Assembly: GCA_000002435.2 (NCBI GenBank)
Contig: CM018790.1
Origin: Giardia intestinalis
Lineage: Eukaryota
Length of the DNA: 64,000 bases
Reading direction: 5' to 3' (one strand)
Positions 48,526 to 57,189 of the stretch are shown piece after piece. Position numbers and translations under genes: made by a program. The notes beneath the pieces are model-generated. The model worked only from the letters and a program-made list of their open reading frames with translations. It ran no database searches and was not told the origin of the DNA. How positions within the stretch are numbered: the stretch's first letter is position 1; the number at the start of each line of letters is the position of its first letter.

Positions 48526-50436
48526 ATGTTCTACGCATTTTTGCTGATCGGCCTCACGCTTCAACTGGCGACAGAGGAGTGCACACCCGTCTCCGGTGGC
48601 GGTCCCGAGACCTGCAAGACATGCGGGGCCACCATTGGGGGAGTGAGCTACTGCTCGCAATGCAATGATAGTGGGTCGGAGTCTGCCCCGACGGACGGCA
48701 AGTGCACAACAGACAACGCTGTGTGTAATGCAAAGGCAGAAGGAAAGTGCACCACGTGTACGGGAAGCTCCTTCATGTACAAAGGAGGATGCTATTCAAA
48801 GGATACTAAACCTGGCAATGCAGCGTGTACACAAGCAGCTGCTGGAGTGTGCACACAAGCCGCGCAAGGATACTTCCTGCCACCCGATGCTGATAGAGAT
48901 AATGCACATCAGTCTGCTATACCGTGCGGAAGTGAGGAGGAAGTACCAGCTAAAAACAACCACAAGTATAAGGGCGTGCCGCATTGCACTCAGTGTGACA
49001 CGCCTGACGTAGCAGCCGATGCTAACGCCAAGGCTGCCACGTGCACAGCATGCGAGAGCGGATACTTTGTAGATAATAGTAAAGGAAAGACATGTACAGC
49101 ATGTGCAGATAACTGCCTGACCTGCACCGACGGGACAGTCAGCAAGTGCAAGTCGTGCACGGCAGAGACGTACTTCTTAGCAACAGAGGGGAGCGAGGGC
49201 CCTTGCATATCGTGCGGAGATGCTACTCAGGGATCTGGTGCTTGGAAGGGCGTCGCTGGATGCGCCAAGTGTACTAAGCCACAGAGTGCCGGCCCTGCAA
49301 CGTGCACTGAGTGCCAGGCAGATAAGTATCTGAAGACAGAATCGGGGACAGCCTCTTGTGTCAGTGCAGAGGAGTGTAAGGATGGATTCTTCCCCACAGC
49401 CGATGCACAAGGCAAGAAGGTGTGTGCTAAGTGCAGCGATACTGCCAATGGTGGCATAGAGGATTGTGCAAAATGCTCTCTCAAGGCAACGTCTGCAAGA
49501 GCAGGTCCAATGGTTACGTGCTCTGGGTGTGAGACCAAAAGACTGAGCCCCCTTAATGATGCATGTCTGGAGGAGTGCCCTGCCGGCACATATCCCGATA
49601 ATCGTGACAGTACCGGCATTTGCGCTTCCTGTCACAATACATGCGCAAGCTGTAGTACTAACGCAGAAACGTCGTGCACGGCCTGCTATCCGGGGTATGT
49701 GCTGAGTCGGTCGTCTGGTGACGCAGGAACGTGCATAAAAGAGTGCACGGGAGACTTTATGGCCCACTGCAAGGCCGACGGCTGCTCACTGAACGTCGGA
49801 GGCTCGAAGTACTGCGATCAGTGCGAGGATGGGTACGCCCCAGTCGACGGCGTTTGCACTAAGGTGGCCAGCACAGCGAGGGATGCCTCCGGATGTAAGG
49901 CAAGTGGCGGGAAATGCACTGAGTGTGGGGCAAACTACGCTCTGTTATCGGGCGGATGCTATAATACAAATAAGGTCCCCGGCAACTCTGTATGCACGTT
50001 ATCCGTAGGCGGAAAGTGTACTATGTGCGTAGCAAGTGGAGCAGATCCCAAAGGACAAGCCTGTCCTACATGCCCTGATGGTTGTTTGAAGTGTACTGGT
50101 AACGTCGGTTCTCAGACCTGTTCTTCCTGCCTTTCTGGATATTATCTTTCTACTAATAAGTGCTTTAGGTGCACAGCAGGCGACGGAGCTAGTGCCAACG
50201 CAATCACTGGTGTAGAGAACTGCATAAGCTGTGCCCCTCCAACTGGTGGCAATGGCGGCTCTGTTACTTGCTATGTCAAGAACGATGACAGCAGTGGCAG
50301 TGGCACTGGTGGAAGCACGAACAAGAGCGGGCTCTCCACTGGCGCCATTGCAGGCATCTCCGTTGCTGTGATTGTTGTTGTAGGGGGCCTCGTCGGCTTC
50401 CTCTGCTGGTGGTTTATTTGTAGAGGAAAGGCGTAG
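48526..50436 (+). CDS. Variant-specific surface protein (VSP), an identical copy of the VSP at 34175..36085 in inverted orientation
   Basis: Its 712-aa track ORF is identical to the left-arm track ORF. ATG at 48526, CRGKA-stop at 50422-50436, poly(A) motif at 50439-50453. Confidence 0.9.
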   Translation: MFYAFLLIGLTLQLATEECTPVSGGGPETCKTCGATIGGVSYCSQCNDSGSESAPTDGKCTTDNAVCNAKAEGKCTTCTGSSFMYKGGCYSKDTKPGNAACTQAAAGVCTQAAQGYFLPPDADRDNAHQSAIPCGSEEEVPAKNNHKYKGVPHCTQCDTPDVAADANAKAATCTACESGYFVDNSKGKTCTACADNCLTCTDGTVSKCKSCTAETYFLATEGSEGPCISCGDATQGSGAWKGVAGCAKCTKPQSAGPATCTECQADKYLKTESGTASCVSAEECKDGFFPTADAQGKKVCAKCSDTANGGIEDCAKCSLKATSARAGPMVTCSGCETKRLSPLNDACLEECPAGTYPDNRDSTGICASCHNTCASCSTNAETSCTACYPGYVLSRSSGDAGTCIKECTGDFMAHCKADGCSLNVGGSKYCDQCEDGYAPVDGVCTKVASTARDASGCKASGGKCTECGANYALLSGGCYNTNKVPGNSVCTLSVGGKCTMCVASGADPKGQACPTCPDGCLKCTGNVGSQTCSSCLSGYYLSTNKCFRCTAGDGASANAITGVENCISCAPPTGGNGGSVTCYVKNDDSSGSGTGGSTNKSGLSTGAIAGISVAVIVVVGGLVGFLCWWFICRGKA

Positions 50437-50438
50437 GT

Positions 50439-50453
50439 ACTTAGATAGTAAAC
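50439..50453 (+). promoter_or_regulatory. Extended VSP polyadenylation signal ACTTAGATAGTAAAC
   Basis: It follows the TAG stop at 50434-50436 directly and is identical to the left-arm copy. Confidence 0.8.
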
Positions 50454-51031
50454 GCGTCACTAGTGGTGCAGCTGCCTGACAAGCGGGTGCGCCTCGTATA
50501 CTTCGCCAGCCAGCCTGCAACCGGGAGCAGGGGTGGCCGCTCCCCTGCCCCCGAGCGTGCTCTGCACAGTGCCGTTGACACCGTCATGGCCGGGGACGGC
50601 GCACCCGATATTCCGTGTTCGCTCTTGACGAGCTGCATCGATGCGAGGAGGGGTGCTTGATGTGGGCAGCTTTGGTACTGTCCATGTGATAGGTGGCTAT
50701 CCAAGACTCAGAGTGGGAAGCTCACGGAGGCCACTGGGTCGCGCTGGCCACCATTTCCAGACGCTCACACCTAGATGTCATTAGGCACTACCGGGTGCTC
50801 AGAGACGCTCACTCCATCTTCATCATCATGGACCGCTGAGATCGGTGCCTCAAGATGTGATTGCCGATTGAGCAAGAACCGGTAACCCTACCGATACAGT
50901 GCTCTCCATCATGGAGCAGTGAGTGTCTACAATTATATATTGACCACTACTGTGATAGCGCGGAGCTTCCGGGGTCAACCACAAGTAAAGGGTAAGCTTT
51001 CTTAATGGAATTGCCACTCACAAGACAGAGA

Positions 51032-52747
51032 TCATTTTCCGCGCCCCTGCTTTTTACAAATCTGCAAGAACTCCAACGTAACAATTGTTACAGTCACAAT
51101 TACACTAATCAACGCCAAAACCAAAGAAGTTATGAGAAGGCCCCTGTTATCAAGAAAATAGACATTGTCGGGGACCTCTACAATATCGCCTATCTCGACG
51201 GTGATGTAGGAGTGCAGCTTCTTATATTGTGACTTGATAAAGGAGAGCTGCGAGCTGCAGTACTTGCCATTGAAATACTTGTCGTTTGGAACCCAATTGT
51301 TGGAGCATGTAAAGCATAGTAAGTTTGCGAAGACACCGGTATATTTGAATTCACCGGCTAAACTGACACTAGCAGACTCTATTCCGGAGCCGGCAGTGTA
51401 CCAGAGCTTGACTTTAAACGTTGTGGTGGATGGGAGCTCCAGGATATTGCAATGGTCTTCGTTCGGCGGCAAGGTAGCATGTATGCAGAGGGTGTCATCC
51501 ATCACCTCGGCATACATGTCGGCAAAGCAAGTAACATTGGGGGGATGAGCGGTGAAGAGCAAGCGCTTCACTTCCTGACCAGCCAAGTTTGTCATGTAGA
51601 CGCCGTACTTGGCGACAGAGGTGTTGCGGTGGTCGATTATGGACGCGAACGTATCCTTGCACGTCTTATCTTTACAAGTATACCAGTACCGGCTCCTAAC
51701 GGATGTGTCAAACGTGAAATCAGGATCCAGTCGTGTATAGTAGCACTTCACGCTAGCGTAGAACGGATCGACATTGTCTGATAAGCTAAAGTAAAAGTAG
51801 GTGCTTTTTACGTCTCCAGCCAACGTGCACGCTGAGGACTCCGCGGTGGGCGCTCCAAGTTCCATGCAGATCTTGTCTCTGTAGAGCCGCACAGATGCGG
51901 TGCTGAAACAAAGAGCTGTTGAGTTGTCGCGCAGATTTGTGGAGGGTTGCATCACCACAACACCGCCCGTGGAGCTTGAATTGGTGAAGCTGAAGGAGGC
52001 GCCCAGGCGTGCCAGGTGATAGGGATAGCTAATAAAGGTGCGGAAGATCCGAGTGCATTCAGCAGTTGTCATTTTCTGCTTAGACGCAGGGGACGAAGAG
52101 ATGGTGCTGCAATTTATCTTAAAAGTTTGTGCCTTGGTGTGTATGTATTCTGAGGCTAGAGGAGCATATCCACCTGCCCTCGTGCTCTGAGGCTCCAATG
52201 GAAATGTGGCTGTTTCGACTTCGGAGATACGGAAAATGGCATAGAGCTTGGCTTCTGCTGGAATATCACAATACAGCGGCTTGACATTAATGTCCATGGC
52301 GCCATCATCTTCATAAACGCTTTGCAGGATGTCTATTTCGGCCCAGCAGTTATTGTAATCGAATCTAGAGACAATAATGGTAGGGACGACTGCCGAGTAC
52401 TGAAAGGCGCTGCCTGAAGTGGTACTCGTGACACTAAACTCTGCACTGGACATAGATGAAATGGCAGGGATGCAATCTGTAATTGCATTATTCATGTCCG
52501 GGCACGGAAGGACAATTGATTTGGGTCCATTGACATTAAAGTTCCATCCTGGCTTCGTCGTAAACGTTAACGTTCCAGTTTTAAGCTGTATCTGTGGCGT
52601 GTTTGGAAGGGCACTACAAGCAATATCAAGTGTTTTATTGACCGTAAATGTCAGCTGAATCTGTGCCTTAGCCGGATTAGAAGTGATGACGAGGTCTGTA
52701 AAACAGGCGAAAATCTCCTGTGTGAGAAGACAGAGAGGAACCCACAT
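51032..52747 (-). CDS. Hypothetical type I membrane glycoprotein (signal peptide, large ectodomain, C-terminal TM helix, short basic tail)
   Basis: N-terminal hydrophobic leader MWVPLCLLTQEIFA, about 520 aa with many N-x-S/T sites and scattered Cys, TM helix LITSLVLALISVIVTVTIVTL, and tail CKKQGRGK. ATG verified at 52747. It is not a CXXC-type VSP. Confidence 0.6.
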   Translation of the reverse strand: MWVPLCLLTQEIFACFTDLVITSNPAKAQIQLTFTVNKTLDIACSALPNTPQIQLKTGTLTFTTKPGWNFNVNGPKSIVLPCPDMNNAITDCIPAISSMSSAEFSVTSTTSGSAFQYSAVVPTIIVSRFDYNNCWAEIDILQSVYEDDGAMDINVKPLYCDIPAEAKLYAIFRISEVETATFPLEPQSTRAGGYAPLASEYIHTKAQTFKINCSTISSSPASKQKMTTAECTRIFRTFISYPYHLARLGASFSFTNSSSTGGVVVMQPSTNLRDNSTALCFSTASVRLYRDKICMELGAPTAESSACTLAGDVKSTYFYFSLSDNVDPFYASVKCYYTRLDPDFTFDTSVRSRYWYTCKDKTCKDTFASIIDHRNTSVAKYGVYMTNLAGQEVKRLLFTAHPPNVTCFADMYAEVMDDTLCIHATLPPNEDHCNILELPSTTTFKVKLWYTAGSGIESASVSLAGEFKYTGVFANLLCFTCSNNWVPNDKYFNGKYCSSQLSFIKSQYKKLHSYITVEIGDIVEVPDNVYFLDNRGLLITSLVLALISVIVTVTIVTLEFLQICKKQGRGK

Positions 52748-52800
52748 AGAAAGATGAGTTTCTTTATAAAATTCTATCGAGTTGTCGTGAGTCAGATCTC

Positions 52801-55800
52801 ATGGCCAGCGACTCTCTGATTGCCTCTTATGAACTTATGGACCACCTGGGCGCAGGGCCCCATGGATCTGTTTTTATAGCTCATAGCAAAGTATCGGATA
52901 AGCTTCGAGCAGTGAAAGTTTTCTCTCTTGCCAAGCTGGATGAGGACCAGAGAGAACGGCTCAAAGACGAGCTTTCTTGTGCTCACAGGATTGAGAATGA
53001 GCGTCTTGTCCGTTATTATAATGTCTATGAAGACCAAGATTGTCAGACGTTGTCTGTGGTTATGGATTATCTTCCCCTCGGAAGCCTCGCTGCAGAGATG
53101 GATAGGCGCACTATTCACCACAGTCCGTACACAGAGCAACAGATTTGGGCAATTATCGGCCAACTTTGCCTTGCGTTGAAGGCCGTCTACACTGCTCTGG
53201 GGAGCCTTCAGACAAGCGCTAATAAGCTTACGGAGATATCCCATGGCAACCTTAAACCTACAAATATTCTTCTAGCAGATTCTGGGTTACTCTCACTGAC
53301 TGACTATGGGCTCACACACCAGGCCATAACAGAAGAGACTATCATGGACACCATAGACGCTGTGCCGGAGGCTGTCTTAACAAACGATATTTCAAACACT
53401 CAACGAGGGGATGTTTGGTGCTTAGGTCGGATTGCCTTTGAGTTGTGCTGTGTGGGGTTTCCTGGATTTGTTGGTTCTGGGTGCCCTACACCAGGACTGC
53501 TTACCGCAGCAGGTGTATCTGTGCCTTCCCCACTAAGGCCCCCGTCATCGTCGAATGTTCTAGTCTCTTCTTCCCCTTCATTACCTCCTACACCCTCTGA
53601 GCGCCCACAAACAAGTAAGCTGCGCATCAAGGAGGTGAATAAGCGAAATTCACGGACACCCATATCACAGAGAGGTCGAGATCAAGAGCAGAAAGAACGC
53701 GAGGAGCGTGAAAGGGAAGAACGAGAGCGGGAAGAGCGCGAACGCCTAGAGACGGAAGAAAGTGCTGCACCTGCATCGCAATCGGCTAAGACAAAGGCCA
53801 AGACGGTACTTAATCCCAAGCTTCTTAATCATGTTGCAGGCCATCTCTCACCAACTCTTCGTCAGCTAATAATGTCGTGTCTTTCTGTTGGCAAGACCGA
53901 TAGCGAGAACGGTAATTTACCTATCACTCTGGATACAATTCTTTCTTATTCGGAAGTTATATGTGCTCTTGCCAAACTAAAGGCAGGAGATCTCGAGACG
54001 CCGGTCTCTCGAAGTGTCTCTCGAAGTGATGATAGGCGCCCACAAGCAAAGGATAAACAGGGCAATACTCCACTGCATCGTGCAGTTCTAGAACGTAACG
54101 TTCAAGAGCTGTCAAAGCATCTTGGGTATGCAGGTGAATATAACGCCAATGGGGTTACTGCACTCATACTCTGTGCTCAGACCAACTTTATCGAGGGAGC
54201 TAAGATTCTGGCACCTAAGGAGTCTCGGAAGCTGTGTAGTGCAAACAAGCTAGCATTATACTATGCTCTTGTGGAAGGAAATCTAGAAATAGCTGAAATA
54301 CTTACCCAGTGGGAATCTTTTACCGATCAAGAGCCGTACATTGATAACCATAGGACAAACCTCATGCGGTCCGTTATGGAGCGGAATATTCTAGCCGTTT
54401 GGTATTGGAAGATGCACCAAGCTGGGATGCAGGATACAGAGGGTCGGACTGCCTTGATAATCGCAGCCGAAGTTGACTTCTTCAATGCTGTGCGCATACT
54501 TGCTCCACACGAGGCTGGAGTGAGAATGACAAATGGTAAAGCAGCTATAGACATAGCACTGGATCACAACCATTTAAAAATCGCAACTTTTCTTATTCCA
54601 TATGAGGGCTTCAAAGAGCAAGAAGCAGATTTCAATGGGCACACAAATCTTATGCGGGCTGCCATCAAGAACAATCGTCTGGGGGTGTTTTGTTTTCTGA
54701 AGGAGGCGGGCTCCACTGAAAATGAAGAGGGGATGACCGCGCTAATGCTAGCGGCAAGGCATGGCTCTTGTGACGTCCTTAAATACCTTATACCTCTCGA
54801 GAAGCATATGCGATCTTCTACAAATAAAACGGCCCTAATGTATGCTGCAGAGGCCAATATGCTTAACGTTATTGTTGAGCTCGTCGCTCACGAATACTGC
54901 CCTGATCCCAAAGAATATTCTGCACTCAACATTGCTATCGAGAAAGATTTTGCAGAGGCAGCGGATCTTCTGTCAGCCTATGAAGGAGTGGAATGTGAGT
55001 GGCGTTACACATTTAAAAACGCTAAGCAGCACATAGTCACCCAACAGACCGCCCTCATGGCTGCAGCAGAGAAGGCGAGTGCCAAGTTCGCCTATTGCAA
55101 CCTTCATCAGCTGTCAATGCAGACCCCAGACGGGATGACTGCACTGATGTACGCTTGCCAAGCAAAAAGCAAGGATTGTGTTGATCTTCTAGTTTCTGAA
55201 AAGGATCTCCAAGCATCAGATGGAAAGACTGCTTGGTTAATTGCATTTGATGGGGGATTTAAAGAGGTTCTTGACCAGATCCAACCCACGTCCAAGTGTG
55301 ATGAGAATGGCAATACGGATTTACACAAGGCAGCTTTGATTGGAGAGGTCAGTAATATTCGAACACTTATGAGGCTTGTAAAGAGAATTAACAATAACGA
55401 TATGTCAGCATTGATGATTGCATCCACTATTTGTTCAAATGATGATACTGTTGATTCAGTTTTAATAGAAGTAGAATCAACCATAACTAACAGCAAAGGC
55501 CAGTTCGCTGCCAAATTCGCAATGTTGGCAGGGAACTATAAGCTTGCAAAAATACTTATAGGATACGAAAAGGACCTCTTGAAGGCAGACGGATTCACAG
55601 ATCTTATGATTGCAGCGGTACTAAATAGGGTGGAAGATGTATTTAGATACTCTGGACGGACATTCGGTCAGAAAAAGCCCTATGCCTCCCAATTACGGAT
55701 GCAGACAGTAGATGGATACACCGCATTGATGCTCGCAGCGCGTGCAGGACATGACTCCATTGTTAGCCTGCTGCTGGCGGAGGTCGGTCTACAAGACAAG

Positions 55801-57189
55801 GAAGGTCTATATGCAGCAGACTATGCCATCCGAGGAGATAACTATGCAATTATACGGTCTCTAGCCAGCCAGGAACTTGTCATTTTTGAAAAGAACTATG
55901 CCTTGGCCTCTTTCTTGAATATAATCAAAGACTTTGATACCAAAACAGCCCTGAAGTACATTAAATCCTTCTACTACAATGATTTTCGGTCTCTTCAGTC
56001 TGAAGAAGATCAGGGAGTAGCACATCTTTATTACGAGACGGCCCATTTGGCTACAGCTAGCCCTTTGGAAGAGAGGGTCATCATTCAAGATCTATTGCGT
56101 AACGAACTTGGGGAGACGCCTCTGCATACCGCTGTTCGCAACGATGACCTACTCTCTATACGGAAGTATCTTTATCGTAGCGGAGAGGTTAACACTGAGG
56201 GAGTGTCTGCTGCAGAGCTTGCATTAGACTTGGGACGAATTCAGATTGCTAAGATCCTCCTAAAGGTTGAACTCCCTTTACTAAGAGAAGCTGGTTTCAC
56301 CGACCTTATGTTAGCATCCTTTTTTGGAAATAAGGATGAGTTTGAGAGACACATTGAGGAGAAAAATGCAATCACAAGCCGAGGGCACACCGCCTTCATG
56401 CTTGCGGCAAACCAAGGACATTACGATCTAGCAGATCGTCTTGCCGAGGAAAAGGATATGGTGGACAATGATGGTCGTCCTGTACATCTAATTTGTCCGA
56501 AGGAAGATGGCTCTTACAGAGTTCTTAGTACACGTTATCCAAACACTATTGAAGGGTTGCACCTGGCTGTAAAAGACCGGAGCATAGATGGAGTTCGCGC
56601 GCTACTCGTTCATGCGGGCGCTCGCTATGCCGGCTGGACGGCGTTAGCGCGGGCGGCAGAAAATGGGTTTGCAGAGGCCGTTCCATTGCTGATTGAAAAG
56701 GAGGCAAAAATGACTATTGACGTTACGTTTAAATGCATGTCTGCAAACCTCAGAGGTCTCTTGGCAATTCACATCGCTGCGCTCAAGGGTCATGCAACCG
56801 TAGTGCGACTTCTACTCGACACTGAGGGGGGCTCTGTGGAGCGTGCAATTGGATTCACTTCTCTTATGATATCTGCTTATATGGGACACGCACTTTGCGT
56901 TAAGGAGCTCATTGCTCGAGAGGCAAAGATGTTTGAACGAACAGGAAGTGCTACTGCTTTGTGGTATGCTGCATACTGTGGTCATCTGGATTGCGTAGAG
57001 CTTTTAGCACCTTTGGAGGCAAATCTTAAACGTCGAGAAGGTAATACAATTGGGATGTATGCTTGTTCATACGCATGTAGTGTTAGCAATGGTGAGGCTA
57101 AACAGGAAGTCCTTGCAGAGCTGCGAAAGCATATGATCACTAATAATATAGAAACAATAATGTCTCCAGGTCCATACCATCATAATTAA
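52801..57189 (+). CDS. NEK-family protein (pseudo)kinase fused to a long ankyrin-repeat array
   Basis: The N-terminal kinase fold has G-loop LGAGPHGSVF and RAVKVF lysine, but HGNLKPTNILL replaces HRDLKP (catalytic Asp to Asn) and DYG replaces DFG. A charged ER-repeat linker follows (EQKEREEREREEREREERERLETEE). About 1,100 aa of ankyrin repeats come after that (many TALMLAA, TALIIAA and GHxxxVxxLL units). ATG at 52801. Confidence 0.8.
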   Translation: MASDSLIASYELMDHLGAGPHGSVFIAHSKVSDKLRAVKVFSLAKLDEDQRERLKDELSCAHRIENERLVRYYNVYEDQDCQTLSVVMDYLPLGSLAAEMDRRTIHHSPYTEQQIWAIIGQLCLALKAVYTALGSLQTSANKLTEISHGNLKPTNILLADSGLLSLTDYGLTHQAITEETIMDTIDAVPEAVLTNDISNTQRGDVWCLGRIAFELCCVGFPGFVGSGCPTPGLLTAAGVSVPSPLRPPSSSNVLVSSSPSLPPTPSERPQTSKLRIKEVNKRNSRTPISQRGRDQEQKEREEREREEREREERERLETEESAAPASQSAKTKAKTVLNPKLLNHVAGHLSPTLRQLIMSCLSVGKTDSENGNLPITLDTILSYSEVICALAKLKAGDLETPVSRSVSRSDDRRPQAKDKQGNTPLHRAVLERNVQELSKHLGYAGEYNANGVTALILCAQTNFIEGAKILAPKESRKLCSANKLALYYALVEGNLEIAEILTQWESFTDQEPYIDNHRTNLMRSVMERNILAVWYWKMHQAGMQDTEGRTALIIAAEVDFFNAVRILAPHEAGVRMTNGKAAIDIALDHNHLKIATFLIPYEGFKEQEADFNGHTNLMRAAIKNNRLGVFCFLKEAGSTENEEGMTALMLAARHGSCDVLKYLIPLEKHMRSSTNKTALMYAAEANMLNVIVELVAHEYCPDPKEYSALNIAIEKDFAEAADLLSAYEGVECEWRYTFKNAKQHIVTQQTALMAAAEKASAKFAYCNLHQLSMQTPDGMTALMYACQAKSKDCVDLLVSEKDLQASDGKTAWLIAFDGGFKEVLDQIQPTSKCDENGNTDLHKAALIGEVSNIRTLMRLVKRINNNDMSALMIASTICSNDDTVDSVLIEVESTITNSKGQFAAKFAMLAGNYKLAKILIGYEKDLLKADGFTDLMIAAVLNRVEDVFRYSGRTFGQKKPYASQLRMQTVDGYTALMLAARAGHDSIVSLLLAEVGLQDKEGLYAADYAIRGDNYAIIRSLASQELVIFEKNYALASFLNIIKDFDTKTALKYIKSFYYNDFRSLQSEEDQGVAHLYYETAHLATASPLEERVIIQDLLRNELGETPLHTAVRNDDLLSIRKYLYRSGEVNTEGVSAAELALDLGRIQIAKILLKVELPLLREAGFTDLMLASFFGNKDEFERHIEEKNAITSRGHTAFMLAANQGHYDLADRLAEEKDMVDNDGRPVHLICPKEDGSYRVLSTRYPNTIEGLHLAVKDRSIDGVRALLVHAGARYAGWTALARAAENGFAEAVPLLIEKEAKMTIDVTFKCMSANLRGLLAIHIAALKGHATVVRLLLDTEGGSVERAIGFTSLMISAYMGHALCVKELIAREAKMFERTGSATALWYAAYCGHLDCVELLAPLEANLKRREGNTIGMYACSYACSVSNGEAKQEVLAELRKHMITNNIETIMSPGPYHHN

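Larger units (their letters stand above)
45002..50650. repeat. Right arm of the large inverted duplication, the mirror of 33961-39609
   Basis: Same evidence as the left arm; position x on the left corresponds to 84611-x on the right. Confidence 0.9.

Noticed and set aside
33961-50650. Large inverted repeat as a CRISPR array, a transposon with a transposase, or a hairpin-ended bacterial element
   Set aside because: The arms are 5.6 kb, not short repeats with spacers. No transposase or integrase-like ORF lies in or near the structure, and the only recognisable genes inside are VSPs. I retain it as a eukaryotic segmental inverted duplication.
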